The notes: generated by a model not told the origin, from the letters alone. A stretch of DNA of 64,000 nucleotides from an uncultured Chthonomonadaceae bacterium (GCA_963817895.1 CAWFQB010000006.1:144708-208707), one strand, 5' to 3'. Shown: positions 46,635 through 57,919, counted from the stretch's first letter. A program made the numbers and translations.

Positions 46635-48699
46635 CTAATGTATTGGGGCAAGCACCTGTGCGCTGCGAATGGGCAGGTACAGTTGAAGGCTTTGCCCGCG
46701 CCCGTACATGGGAACTGTTTGTATAGGATACACCATATTGGGCTGAACATAATCATTTCCGCCGAATTTTGCATCATCCGTATTGAGTATCACCTTGTAA
46801 TCGGCGCGTTCCGGCATGGGGACGCGCAGGCCGAAGAAGGACTCGGTCGGATTAAGACTGAATACGAAGACCAGAGGGCCGCGCCGATACGCGAGTTGCC
46901 GCGTGTCCTCGTGCAGCATCAGTTGCTCGATATAAGTATCGTTGAGCAGGTTGTAGTCTTTGTCCAGTTGTTGCAGGGCGTGGTCAAAAGCGTTCAGATC
47001 ACTGATAGCGCAGATGGTCGGTTTCCACAAGTGACCACTGGCGGCGGGCGTGTTGGTAGGAGTTGTTGTTTTCCAGCGTGGGGAAATCAATCCATTCGGG
47101 ATGCCCGAACTCGTTGCCCATGAAGTTCAAATAGCCCTCGCCGCCAAGCGAAAAGGTGAGCAGGCGTATCAGTTTGTGCAGGGCGATGCCGCGCTCGACA
47201 ACCGGACTATGCGCGAAACGGCTCATGCCCCCGTACATTGCTTTGTCCATCAGGCGAAACGCGACGGTCTTATCCCCTACAAGCGCCTGATCGTGCGACT
47301 CGACGTAACCGATATGCTTTTCCCCGCGCCGCCGATCCAGCAGCCGGGCGTATATTTCGCCTAACTGCCACTGTTCTTCCGGTTTGTCCTCAATCAGTTC
47401 GATCCAGTAATCGGGAATACCCATTGCCAGCCGATAGTCGAAGCCGATGCCGCCTTCAGCAACGGGGCGGGCCAGTCCGGGCATTCCCGAAACGTCTTCC
47501 GCAACGGAAACCGAATTCGGGTCAAGCGTATGAATCAGTTCATTGGCGAGCATCAGGTAGGTGAGCGCGTCCTTATCTACGTTGTCGCTGTAATAGTCGT
47601 CGTAGCTACGGAACACGCGGGCGATGCCGTGATCTTTGTACAGCATACTGGTCACGCCATCGAAGCGGAAGCCATCGAAACGGTACTCCTCTATCCAAAA
47701 GCGCAGATTGGACATCAAAAATCGCTGCACTTCCCATTTGCCGTAATCGAAGAGGAGCGAGTCCCACAGCGGATGCAGGCCCCGTTCGCCGGGATAAAAA
47801 TACTGATTGTCCGTGCCGTCGAAGCGGTTCAGTCCCTCGTCTATGTTCTGCACAGCATGGGAATGAACCATGTCCATGATGATGCGCAGCCCCAAACTAT
47901 GCGCCGTATCCACCAGTTCTTTGAGTTCTTCGGGCGTTCCGAACCGCGACGACACTGCGAAAAAGTTGCTGACGTGGTAGCCGAACGAGCCATAATAGGG
48001 ATGTTCCATGACCGCCATGAGTTGTACGGCGTTGTATCCGAGGGCGGCGATGCGCGGCAGAATGTTTCGGGTGAATTCCGCGAACGTGCCGACTCGCTCG
48101 GCCTCCTGCGCCATGCCGACATGCGCCTCATAAATGCGCAGGCCGCCGGATTGTTCCGAAAGGGCCGGGGGCGTTGTGTGTTTCCACACATACGGAACGG
48201 GCGGCTGCCAGTATTGCGCGAGGAAGTGGGGCGAATCGGGTTCCTGAACCACGCGCCGAATGTACGCGGGCAGGCGATCCCTCGCGCCGAATTCCGGGTT
48301 GTAAACGTGGACTTTCAGCAAACTCTCATGCGTTAGGCGATTGGCATAAACGGCGTCGGGCAGAAAACACGACCACACGCCCCACTCATCCCGCGCCAAC
48401 GGATTCGCGCCCCGGTCCCAATTGTTAAAGTCGCCGATCAGCGCGATATACTGCGCCCCCGGCGCCCATTCCCGATACCATACGCCCGCTTCGCCGCTCT
48501 GCTGTCCCCGGTTCAGGCCAAAATAGTGGTGCGATTGGCTGATGTCGCCCATCAACCCGCCTGCCTGTTCAATCAGAGCCTTGCGTCCCTGATAATGGGC
48601 GAACCGCTCCCGCAGAATTCCGGCGTAGGGCGCAAGCCACGGGTCGAGCGCAATCAGTTGCGTACCATCGGCAGGCATAAAGGTCACTTCCTTGTTCAA
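46635..48699 (-). pseudogene. glgB: 1,4-alpha-glucan branching enzyme (GH13), one frameshift
   Basis: ORF 46999..48699 has GH13 blocks YNAVQLMAVMEHPYYGSFGYH, DMVHSHA, GFRFDGVTSMLY, VAEDVSG, YVESHDQ, FMGNEFGHPEW. It ends ..DHLRYQ-TGA. ORF 46635..47090 continues with SDLNAFDHALQQL... Removing one nt at ~46999-47003 restores HLRYQDLNAFD. Confidence 0.85.
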
Positions 48700-48793
48700 A
48701 ACATTTATTTCCGCGTAAGCGGGCGTTGCCGTATAGATTCGCCAAAAAAAGACAGCCTCCTGCGCGATTACACAAGGTTTTTAAAGGAAGCAG

Positions 48794-49552
48794 TTATTTC
48801 AGGCCGCCGTTGGCGATGAGGGTTTGGCCGGTAATCCAGCGGGCTTCTTCGGAACACAGAAAGGCGACCACGTCGGCAATATCATCGGGCTTGCCCAATC
48901 TGCGCAGGGCGGTGGCGTTCGCCATCTGTTGCTGTACGTCGGGGGAAATCACCTGTTGAAGCATTTCGGTTTCCGTCACGCCCGGCGCGACGGCGTTGAC
49001 CGTGATACCGCGCGGGCCGAGTTCCATAGCGACGCAGGCCGTCATCATTTCCAATGCGGCTTTGCTGGCGGCATACACGGCCCATTGCGCGGTGGGGGAA
49101 CGGGTGATGCTGGACGAGATGTTGACGATGCGCCCACCCTCCGCGCCAAAATGCCGCGCCGCAAGCCGCATGGCAAGCAATGGCCCGCGCACATTGACGC
49201 CGAACATCTCCTCGTAAAAAGCGGCATCCGTCGCTTCCAGTTCCCGGAGGCCGGAAATGCCCGCGTTGTTGACCAGAATATCCAGACGGCCATACGTTTC
49301 CAGCGTCCGGGCAAACAGGCGTTCCAGTTGCGTTTCGTCGCTCACATCCGCCTGCACCGCAATCGCCTGCCCGCCCGCCTGCGTCAGTTCCGCTATGTGC
49401 CGCTGCGCCTGTTCCTCATTGCGGCTGTAACCGATGACAAGTTTTGCCCCGTCACGGCTTAACCTGCGCGTAATCGCCGCCCCGATACCCCGCGCCCCGC
49501 CCGTGACAATCGCCACCCGTCCCGCCAATCCCGTCATACTCGTCACCTTCAC
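48794..49552 (-). CDS. SDR-family oxidoreductase (FabG-like)
   Basis: 252 aa. VAIVTGGARGIG, NNAGI and YAASKAAL motifs. Confidence 0.85.
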   Translation of the reverse strand: MKVTSMTGLAGRVAIVTGGARGIGAAITRRLSRDGAKLVIGYSRNEEQAQRHIAELTQAGGQAIAVQADVSDETQLERLFARTLETYGRLDILVNNAGISGLRELEATDAAFYEEMFGVNVRGPLLAMRLAARHFGAEGGRIVNISSSITRSPTAQWAVYAASKAALEMMTACVAMELGPRGITVNAVAPGVTETEMLQQVISPDVQQQMANATALRRLGKPDDIADVVAFLCSEEARWITGQTLIANGGLK

Positions 49553-49741
49553 GCTTATAATCTATTCCCTTGAGGTGAGTGCCAGTTCCTCAACAGTCTG
49601 CAAATCTCCTGCCGGAAAATGTACGCGGTTAGGAATACGCGCCATTGAGGTACAATAAAGGTGTAACGCCGTGTTGATGAAGTGGGAGTCCTGTCGCTCC
49701 GCAAGGCATCTGTTGGCTTGCCGGAGGATTGATAGGAACCC

Positions 49742-51301
49742 ATGTCTGACGCTAATGTGACCCTTTCCACGTTTGATGAATTGGCGCAAACAGCCTTGCC
49801 CGCCCTGCGCGCCGAAGAGCGGTTGGCGCGGCTGCAAAATCTCGCGCTCGCGCTGACGAGCGTGGACACCATCGAGCAGGCCGCTGATGTGGTTCGCGGG
49901 GAGGGATTTACAGCGCATTATGCCCCAACGGGTGAGGTTGAACTGCGCCGTCCGCAGGAACCCGACGTGGATGCCGAGGCTCGCGCATTTATGGGGATTG
50001 TGGCGCAAATGTGCGCCCATGCTCTTGAACGCGCCCGTTTGTATGAGGCGGAACGAGCGGCGCGGCGGCTGGCGGAACAGGCGACGGAGCGGACAACACG
50101 GCTGCAAACCGTGACCGCGCGGCTGGCGCAGGCCGTTACTCTCGCGCAGGTCGGCGAGATTATCATCAGCGAGGGAACCTCCGCTCTCGACGCGCACCGG
50201 GGCGTTCTGGCCTTGCTCAATGCCGAAGCCGATCATCTTGAAGTGGCGCAGGCGTGGGGCTATTCGCCCGACAATGCCCGCGTGTGGCAGCGTTTCCCGT
50301 TGGATGCGCCCATTCCCCTTTCGGACGTGGTTCGCAGCCGGGAACCCGTGTGGCTGCACGACCTGAACGAACGCGATTCCCGCTACCCTCAACTCGCGCA
50401 GATACAAACCACGTCGCAGGCGTATGCGGTTCTGCCGCTTGCTCGTGGAAGATCGCGTTTTGGGCGGCATCAATTTCGGCTTCGACCATCCCCGCCGTTT
50501 CGATCCCGCCGAACGCGCGTTTATTACCGCTCTCGCGCAGCAATGCGCGCAGGCGTTGGAACGCGCCCGCCTGACCGATGTGGCCGCGTCCCGGCTGTCG
50601 GAAATCGAACAACTCAACGCGCGCTTGAAGCAGGCATTAGCGGAAACCCACCACCGCGTCAAGAACAATCTGCAGGTGATTTCCGCGCTCGTGGAACTGC
50701 AAACCGATGTTGCCGAGGCGATGGTTCCCGCCGAGGCGTTGCGGCGGGTGGGGGGCCACGCCCGCGCCCTTGCCACGCTGCACGACCTGCTGACCGATCA
50801 GGCCAAATCCTCCTATGATATGTCCACGGTTTCCACCCGCGCCCTGTTCGGCAAAATGCTGCCCCTGCTGCAATCTACAATGGGAGAACGCGCCCTCCAT
50901 TCCGAGATTGAGGAGGTTCGCTTCCGGTTCGTATCGGCGCGTCCCTGTGCCTGCTCGCCAACGAACTGGTCAGCAATGCCGTCAAGCATGGCGGGAAGAA
51001 CATCGTTTTTTCACTCCAATCGGAACCGAATCGGCGCGACAACCAGCAAGAAATCAGCCGACAAAATGGACGCGAACGCCGCCAAAACGCCGAGGGCGAA
51101 CCTGTTGCCGCCATTCTGCATCTGATTGTGGCAGATGACGGGCCGGGATTCCCGCCCGATTTCAACCCGCAAACCGCTGCGCATACCGGGCTTGATCTGG
51201 TTTCCAATCTCAGCCGTCTGGATTTGGGCGGCAGTGTCACGTATGCCAACAACCCGCAGGGCGGCGCGCGTGTCACCATTACCTTTCCCCTGCCGGAGTA
51301 A
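49742..51301 (+). pseudogene. GAF-domain sensor histidine kinase (HisKA_2 type), two compensating frameshifts
   Basis: The first frame (49742-~50440) ends ..AYAVLPL. The second frame (~50440-50920) runs LVEDRVLGGINFGF .. HHRVKNNLQVISALVELQ (H-box). It then returns to the first frame (50921-51301) with LPVRIGASLCLLANELVSNAVKHG .. ADDGPGFP .. TAA. Switch sites are ~50439-50442 and 50919-50921. Confidence 0.75.
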
Positions 51302-51438
51302 GAAGATGAGTGTTCTGTATGGGAATTTGTATCAAGAACTGAGGAACATACAGGAAACAGGCCGACTTGTGGCGAAATGAACCACAAATACATACGATAG
51401 GCCGGATTGCCAATGTCAATGCGGCGGGGAACAGGCGA

Positions 51439-52248
51439 ATGGGCAAATTGACGGGCAAGGTGGCTCTGGTAACGGGAGCAGGGCGGGGATTAGGACGGGC
51501 GTACGCGCTGCATCTGGCCGCTTTGGGCGCGGATGTGGTCATCAACGACCTGACGCTGGATTCGGCGCGGGAGTTTGACGAGGAGCTTACGGCGGATACG
51601 GTAATGGCGGAGTGTGAGAGGTTGGGCGTCCGTTCCCTCGGTATCGCCGCCGACGTGACCAAACGCGACAAAGTGGACGGCATGATCGAGCAAACCCTGT
51701 CCACATTCGGGCGGCTGGATATTCTGGTCAACAACGCGGGCGGGATGCTGCGCGACGCCACCAAAAGCTACGCCGCAACCGTGTCGGAAGAGGACTGGCG
51801 CTTTATTCTGGATGTGAACTTGACGCAGACCGTGTTTTGCTGTCAGGCCGCCGCTGTCCCGATGAAGGCGCAAAAGGGCGGCAAGATCATCAACGTCAGT
51901 TCGCAGGCGGGCAGTCAGGGCAATCTGGAAGGCTATTTCGCGCACTACGGCGTCGCCAAAGCGGGTATCGCGCACTACACGCGCCTGCTTGCCGGGGAAC
52001 TCGGTCCCTTTAACATCAACGTAAACTGTATTGCGCCCGGCATCATCCTCACATCGCGCGCCAACAAGCAGTTCAACCGCAATTCTCCGGAAAACATCGC
52101 CAAATTTGAACCCAAAATCGCCCTGCGTCGGGTTGGCGAACCGGAAGACTGCGCCAAAGTCGTGGAATTCCTCGCCACCGACCTTTCCGATTACGTGACC
52201 GGGCAGGTGATCGCCATTGACGGCGGCATCGTGCTATCCCCGAACTAA
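51439..52248 (+). CDS. SDR-family oxidoreductase
   Basis: ORF 51367..52248. ATG at 51439 (MGKLTGKVALVTGAGRGLG). NNAGG and YGVAKAG motifs. Confidence 0.85.
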   Translation: MGKLTGKVALVTGAGRGLGRAYALHLAALGADVVINDLTLDSAREFDEELTADTVMAECERLGVRSLGIAADVTKRDKVDGMIEQTLSTFGRLDILVNNAGGMLRDATKSYAATVSEEDWRFILDVNLTQTVFCCQAAAVPMKAQKGGKIINVSSQAGSQGNLEGYFAHYGVAKAGIAHYTRLLAGELGPFNINVNCIAPGIILTSRANKQFNRNSPENIAKFEPKIALRRVGEPEDCAKVVEFLATDLSDYVTGQVIAIDGGIVLSPN

Positions 52249-52254
52249 GAAGAT

Positions 52255-52376
52255 TTAGCCGCAAATACACGCGAATACACGCAAATGCAATGCTGCGATG
52301 AAACAGTCAGGCGGAACGCGATTACATAGCAATTAAGTGTCTTTATTTGCGTCCATTCGCGTGTATTTGCGGCTAA
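52255..52376. repeat. 32-nt near-perfect inverted repeat (long hairpin) after the SDR stop
   Basis: TTAGCCGCAAATACACGCGAATACACGCAAAT (52255-86) vs the reverse complement of 52345-76 (TTAGCCGCAAATACACGCGAATGGACGCAAAT), 3 mismatches. The arm is built from AAATACACG-type units also present in the 14235 palindrome. Confidence 0.9.
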
Positions 52377-52387
52377 CTGAGGTTTTT

Positions 52388-53422
52388 ATGACTACTGACA
52401 CTGTTTTGCCTTTGTGCCTGACCGCCTATGGCCTGCCGCATACGATGGGCTATGTGAAAACGCGCGACGATGCGCCCAACGCGACGCCCCTGACGCCGCT
52501 CGGCCTTGCGGATTTGGCGCGGGAATTGGGACTGGCGGGCGTGGAATTGCCCCTGACCGCCCGTATTCCCTCGTTCAACGGCCAGATTGTGGAAGCGGCG
52601 GGCGTGCCGGAGAATTTCCCTGCCGAACTCGCCAGCCGGAATTTGAAACTGGTGGCCGACTATGGCGCGCTGCTGGATTACGACGCGCAGCATACCCGCG
52701 CGTATCTGGACAAGGCCGCGCAGACGGGTACGAAAGTGGTTCGCGCGATTTTGAGTCATCTGCTGTGCGGCGACCGGCGCAAAATGGCGGGGGGCTGGAA
52801 CCTGCACCGGGACGCGATTGCCGCCCGCCTGCGCGAACTGCTGCCCTACGCGGAAGATAAGGGCATTACGCTTGCCCTCGAAAACCATCAGGACGCCACA
52901 ACGGAAGATTTCTGGTGGCTGTACGAGCAGACGGGGCAAAGCGCGGCATTCGGGGTTACGCTGGATACGGGCAACCCGCTTTCCGTCGGGCAAGACCCCG
53001 TGGAAGCCGCGCGACAGTTGACCCCGCTGATACGACACGTCCATCTGAAAGACTACACCATGCACTTTGCGCCGGAAGGGTTTCGACTTGTTCGTTGCGC
53101 GGCGGGGGATGGCGTAATTGACTTTCCGGCGATACTGCAAGCCGTGAAAAGCAATGGACACGACATACTGCCCGGAATCGAAATCGCCGCGCAGCAAACG
53201 CGAACCGTCCCATTGCTCGAACCGGACTGGTGGGAACACTATCCCTCGCGCCCCGCGCAATCCCTGCTTCCCGTCCTGCAAACCCTGTGGACAAAAGGAC
53301 GGGCGCAGAATGAGTTGTATTCCAGCGCGTGGGAGCGGGGCGAAGGTTCTGAAACCGTGAAGCAGGAAGAGTTGGCAGTTGTCCGGCGCAGCGTGGACTA
53401 TTTCCGTTCGCTGGCAACATAA
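52388..53422 (+). CDS. Sugar phosphate isomerase/epimerase (xylose isomerase-like TIM barrel)
   Basis: ORF 52337..53422, ATG at 52388. LALENH, HVHLKDY and GDG.IDF blocks are typical of the AP_endonuc_2 fold. Confidence 0.7.
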   Translation: MTTDTVLPLCLTAYGLPHTMGYVKTRDDAPNATPLTPLGLADLARELGLAGVELPLTARIPSFNGQIVEAAGVPENFPAELASRNLKLVADYGALLDYDAQHTRAYLDKAAQTGTKVVRAILSHLLCGDRRKMAGGWNLHRDAIAARLRELLPYAEDKGITLALENHQDATTEDFWWLYEQTGQSAAFGVTLDTGNPLSVGQDPVEAARQLTPLIRHVHLKDYTMHFAPEGFRLVRCAAGDGVIDFPAILQAVKSNGHDILPGIEIAAQQTRTVPLLEPDWWEHYPSRPAQSLLPVLQTLWTKGRAQNELYSSAWERGEGSETVKQEELAVVRRSVDYFRSLAT

Positions 53423-53470
53423 GGAGTTAGATTTGTAGTAAAGATTGCCGAGAACGGTTAGTGTATAATC

Positions 53471-53510
53471 AAAGGAAGCGCGAACAATATGCGCTTCCTT
53501 TGTTTTTGTT
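53471..53510 (+). terminator. Intrinsic terminator
   Basis: AAAGGAAGCGC-gaacaatat-GCGCTTCCTTT followed by GTTTTTGTT. Confidence 0.75.
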
Positions 53511-53535
53511 GAAGAGAATTCTGAGGAGTATGCAC

Positions 53536-53760
53536 ATGGATGAAACCGTTGGCACAAAACGCAAACCCAAAATCGCCGACTACAAAGCCGCGCTTGAACA
53601 GATATTTCAGGCAATAGACCGTTCCAACCAGAACATGGAAGAGAATCGTGTCGTCATTGATCGTTTGAAGGTGGAAACGCAAATTCTCAAAGCCGAAAGC
53701 GACATTATCAAAGCGCAGACACAAGAGCGTCTTGATGCGCTAAGGGCGGCGGTGAAATAG
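53536..53760 (+). CDS. Small coiled-coil protein
   Basis: ORF 53461..53760. ATGs at 53530/53536 follow GAGGAG. Heptad-rich sequence ..IDRLKVETQILKAESDIIKAQTQERLDALRAAVK. Confidence 0.5.
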   Translation: MDETVGTKRKPKIADYKAALEQIFQAIDRSNQNMEENRVVIDRLKVETQILKAESDIIKAQTQERLDALRAAVK

Positions 53761-53764
53761 ACCA

Positions 53765-54069
53765 ATGTGGAAACAACTCGTCGAACTTGGCAACAAAGTC
53801 TTCGCGCTGATACGGAAAACGGAGCAGCATGATGCGGATGTTAAAGAACTGCGCGAGGATGTGAAGGCAATCCAACAGGACATCAAGGAGATAAGGCAGG
53901 AATTGCGCATGATTGCTCAAACCCTGCAAGAAGTCCGCTTCGAGCAGCAACGCGAGAAAGAAAACGCGAAACTCAGCGTGAGATGCAGCGTCTGCGCCTC
54001 GAAAATATCTTGTATCGCTTCGAGCGCAGACTGCCTCCCGGCAATTCACAAGAGGATACGCAAGAATAA
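53765..54069 (+). pseudogene. Small coiled-coil protein, probable 1-nt frameshift
   Basis: MWKQLVELGNKVFALIRKTEQHDADVKELREDVKAIQQDIKEIRQELRMIAQTLQEVRFEQQREKENAKL. The plausible continuation QREMQRLRLENILYRFERRLPPGNSQEDTQE-TAA (54067-69) lies in the neighbouring frame from 53974. The track ORF instead runs on through a Cys/Ser-rich stretch into the duplicated isomerase 3' end. Confidence 0.45.
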
Positions 54070-54091
54070 AATCAAGGACGCGCAGCAAGGC

Positions 54092-54178
54092 GGCGAAGGT
54101 TCCGAAACCGTGAAGCCGGAAGAATTGGCGGTAGTCCGGCGTAACGTGGACTATTTCCGTTTACTGACGACAACATAA
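54092..54178 (+). repeat. Second copy of the last ~84 nt of the isomerase gene (copy 1 at 53339-53422)
   Basis: GGCGAAGGTTC(T/C)GAAACCGTGAAGC(A/C)GGAAGA(G/A)TTGGC..GTCCGGCG..CGTGGACTATTTCCGT..CAACATAA. Roughly 85-90 percent identical, and both end in TAA. Confidence 0.85.
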
Positions 54179-54187
54179 ACTGTTCCT

Positions 54188-55364
54188 TTAAGACAGTGGG
54201 CAGGTAAACGGCAACGCCTGACGGTCACGTTCCGCTTGTATTAACGCCGTTGTCCTGTCAGTTGGTTGGATGTGAAGGGGAGCCTCGCGTTCGCGCAATG
54301 CGCCGCCCATGCGCCCACTTGCAACGGCTTGCAGTTCGGCAAGAATGGAAAGCGCGATTTCGTCCGGGTTGTCGGCCCCGATGTCCAGACCAACCGGGCC
54401 ATGCAGCCGAGCTAATTGCGCTTCCGAGGCCGCGATTCCCTCTTCTTCAACATGTTCCAGCAGGCGATGCAGGCGTTTTTTAGGTCCCAACACGCCGATG
54501 TAACGGGCGGGGGAAACCATCAATTGCGCCAGCAAATCCGCGTCATGCAGAAAGTTGTGGGTCATCAGCAGGGTGAAGGTGTCGGGCGTGATTTCCAGTT
54601 TGTGGCGCAGGGTATCCGGGGTGCAGCCAAGAACCGCGTCCGCTTCAGCGAACCGCTCTGCGGAACTGCGGGTACAGCGCGGATCAACAACCGTGACATG
54701 CCAGCCCATCTGTTTCGCCAGCCGAACAACGGGCAGCGCATCCTGACCCGCCCCAAAAATCACAAGTGGGCGCGGCGGCAATATCGTTTCAAGACTAATT
54801 TCGAGTCGTCCGCCATTTTGCTCGTATTGCCGGACTTCCGTTTTGCCTGATTGAAAAACCCCGTTCATATCGGCAAGTAAATCCTGCCCCACTCCGCTGT
54901 TCCGCAGACTGCCCTCACAACTTCCATCCTCATGCAGCAACAGGCGATTTCCAGCTTTAACCGTCTCGGCTTCCCCGTTCCCATTTTCCACGCGCAACAC
55001 GGTGGCGATCACGCCCGGTTTGCGCCGCTCTAAACACGTTTGCAGAAATGCCAGTACCGCATTACCCTCATTCTGCGCGTCTGCCAGAGACAAACGTTCC
55101 AGCAGCACATGAACAACGCCATTACAGCCCAACCCGAACCCCCATACAATATCCTCATTGGCGGTCGAGTCGTAAGTGACGAGAACCGGGCCGTGTTCGG
55201 TTCTGGTCCCACGCGGTTTGCAGCATATCCGCTTCCAGACACCCGCCGCTGATAGACCCCGCCACCCACCCGTTACGAGTGAACAGCATCCGCGCGCCCG
55301 GACGCCGATACGTGGAGCCTTCCGTTTGCACAACGGTTGCCAGAAACGCGGTTTCTCCCGTCAT
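54188..55364 (-). pseudogene. XdhC/PaoD-like molybdenum cofactor insertion chaperone, one frameshift
   Basis: ORF 55155..55391 (ATG at 55364) reads MTGETAFLATVVQTEGSTYRRPGARML..GSISGGCLE. ORF 54188..55333 continues with HGPVLVTYDST..GLGCNGVVHVLLE .. LVIFGAGQDALPVVRLAKQMGWHVTVVDPR. The switch is near 55195-55205. Confidence 0.75.
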
Positions 55365-55420
55365 CTTGTATTCGCCGCCACGCTTCCACAATGGCCTGTG
55401 TTTCGTTCATGGTCACTCCG

Positions 55421-55540
55421 AGGAAGATAGGAAGATAGGAGATACGAGATACGCGTTGGCAGACAGTTTACAGCAATTTCCGTCTTGAAAACGAATTTGA
55501 GTTCAAGTTACCACTCGTATCTCGTATCTCCTATCTTCCT
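55421..55540. repeat. 25-bp perfect inverted repeat (long hairpin) inside the oxidoreductase operon
   Basis: AGGAAGATAGGAGATACGAGATACG (55429-53, preceded by an extra AGGAAGAT unit at 55421-28) and its exact reverse complement (55516-40), with a 62-nt loop. The right arm abuts the TAG (55539-41) of the PaoC-like gene. Confidence 0.9.
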
Positions 55541-57839
55541 AAAGCAGCTTATCCGGCGTAATCGGCAGGTCGCGGATGCGCTTGCCGGTCGCGTGGAAAA
55601 TGGCGTTGGCAATGGCGGCGGGCGCCGCCTGTAATGCCGATTTCGCCGATGCCTTTCACGCCGATAGGGTTGACATGCGGATCGTTTTCCTGCCACGAAA
55701 AAGGCGTCTATTTGCGGCACGTCGGCGTTGACGGGAACATGGTACTCGGCGAGATCGCGGTTCATCACGCGGCCCATACGCGGGTCCATAACGGCTGCCT
55801 CCTGCAGCGCCATGCCGATAGCCCATACCATGCCGCCCATGATTTGCGAATGCGCGGTTTTGGCGTTTAAGAATGCGTCCGGCGGCAAACGCGCCCACCA
55901 TGCGGGCAATACGCGCTTCCCCGGAACTGGGATTTACATGCACTTCCGCAAACTGCGCCCCGAACGCATGGGAAGAATACTCTTTCTTCTCTTCGCCGGG
56001 TTTCGCGCTGCTTTCCGCCGTCAGCATCTCTCTGTTATTACGTTTCAGCAGGTCGGCGTAGGTTTCGCCCTGCGCAGGCGCGTTTTTGCGGAACAAGCGT
56101 CCGTTTTCGCTGCCAATCTGATCTTCGGTCAGGCCGTGCAGGGGCGAGGCCGCGTCCGCCAGTCGCCAGTTGAATGGCCTGTTTGCGGGCTTCCATCGCC
56201 GCCGCTTTCACTGCCGAACCGACGCTTGCCGCCGTTTGCGAACCGCCCGAAACCGGAGCCTGCGGCAACCGCGTGTCGCCCAATTCAAAGTGGACTTTCT
56301 CCACAGGGATACCTAATACCTCTGCGGCCACCTGCGTCATGACCGTGTACGTGCCCGTTCCCAAATCCTGCGTGCCGCTGAAGGCCCGCGCCCGTCCGTC
56401 CGCCATAATTTCTATGCGAACATGCGCTTCGCCCCGGTTGGCGGGATACGTGGCGGTCGCCATGCCGTAGCCGATAAGCCAGCCGTCCTCGGTTTTCATG
56501 GAGCCGATTTTCGGATCGCGCTTGCTCCAGCCGAAACGCTCCGCGCCCTGCCGGTAACACTCGCGCAGTTCCTTGCTCGACCAGGGCAGATTTGGTGCGG
56601 GTCCGTTTCGGCATAGTTGCGCAGGCGCAGTTCCAGCGGGTCCATATTGAGCGCGTACGCCAGTTCGTCCATCGCGGATTCCAGCGCGAAGCATCCGGGC
56701 GCTTCTCCCGGGGCGCGCGGTACTCGTCGGCGTCCCTTTGTTGATGCGAACCAGTTTGTGCGTTGCCTGCACATTGGGGCAGGCGTACAGATATGGGCGC
56801 GACAACGCCGCATTTTTCCGTGAACTCATCATACGGCGACGTGTTGTTGGTGGTGGTATGAATGATGCTTTGCAGCCTGCCATCTCGATCGGCGCCAATC
56901 GCCACGCGCTGCAAGGTCTGCGCCCGATACCCCACCGATGGTAAACATCTGCTGCCGCGTCAGTTCCAGCTTGACCGGGCGGCCCACTTTGCGCGCGGCA
57001 ATCGCGGACAAAATAACGTGCGGCCATGTAAACCCCTTGCAGCCAAACCCGCCGCCCACGAAATAGCAGACGGTTCGCACATTCTCTTTCGGGATGCCCA
57101 GAATCTTCGCCGTCACGTTCGCCGCGCCCGACACCCACTGCGTGGCGTCGTAAAGGGTCAGTTTGTCGCCCTCCCATACCGCGATGGTAGCCGAGGGTTC
57201 TATGGGGTTGTGGTTTTCAACTGGCGTTCGGTACAGTTTGTCCACCTTCACCGGGGACAGCGCGAGTGCCACTTCCGCGTCGCCGCGCTTGCTGTCGTTG
57301 GGTTCGCGGCCCGCATCCTGGGGCGCTTTAATGGCCTCGTGCAGATGCCGCTCCATCTCCGTCTTTGGCGGCTCCTGCTGATATTGCACCTTCACCCGAC
57401 TGGCCGCGTACCGGGCCTGCTCGTACGTTTCCGCCACCACAACGCCGATATGCTGGCCGCTGTAGTAGATGGTGGCGTCCTGCAAGGGCAGCAGTTTTTG
57501 ACCGGGCTTGCCGGGGTTTTCCTGCCCCTGCTGCTGCTGCGCGTCTTCAGGCTTGCTTTTCGGGTCGGGAGAGGGGAACTGATTCAGTTTGGGCGCGTTC
57601 AAATGCGTAATAATGCTCAGGACGCCGGGCAGCCGTTCCGCCTCACCGGTATCAATGCTGACGATACTGCCCCGCGCAATCGTACTCTCAATGATAACCG
57701 CGCGCGCCAGATTGGGCAGGTCGAATTCCGCCGCATAGGGCGCGGTTCCCGTGACTTTCTGCCGCCCGTCAATGCGGTTGAGCGGCTTGCCCACGATTTG
57801 CTCACCCAGGCTGTTGTTTTCTATTGTATCAAGTTTCAT
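55539..57839 (-). pseudogene. Xanthine dehydrogenase-family molybdopterin subunit (PaoC/YagR-like), about eight frame changes
   Basis: The N-terminus is intact (ORF 56829..57839: GKPLNRIDGRQKVTGTAPYAAEF). The rest is recovered only by hopping frames: GYRAQTLQRVAIGADRDGRLQSIIH, RPYLYACPNVQATHKLVRIN, RAPGEAPGCFALESAMDELAYALNMDPLELRLRNY, ..GYGMATATYPA..GTQDLGTGTYT..GDTRLPQAPVSGGSQT.., AFGAQFAEVHVNPSSGE.RI.RMVGAFAAGRILN, AHSQIMGGMVWAIGMAL, NPIGVKGIGEIGITGG, AIANAIFHATGKRIRDLPITPDKLL. Confidence 0.8.
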
Positions 57840-57919
57840 AGATCGAAACTCCTGTGTTCAATTCGGAATGTTGCCGCCGCAACGTAAAGTTAGCAGCGAT
57901 GTTTCGCGGCGAATCGTTT

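Noticed and set aside
49562-50776. 404-aa minus-strand ORF opposite the histidine kinase
   Set aside because: It has no motifs and an Arg-rich composition. The plus strand contains GAF, H-box and ATPase blocks.
52373-53614. 413-aa minus-strand ORF opposite the sugar-phosphate isomerase
   Set aside because: It is a shadow ORF with Arg/Gln-rich low-complexity sequence. The plus strand has TIM-barrel isomerase blocks and a good RBS and start.
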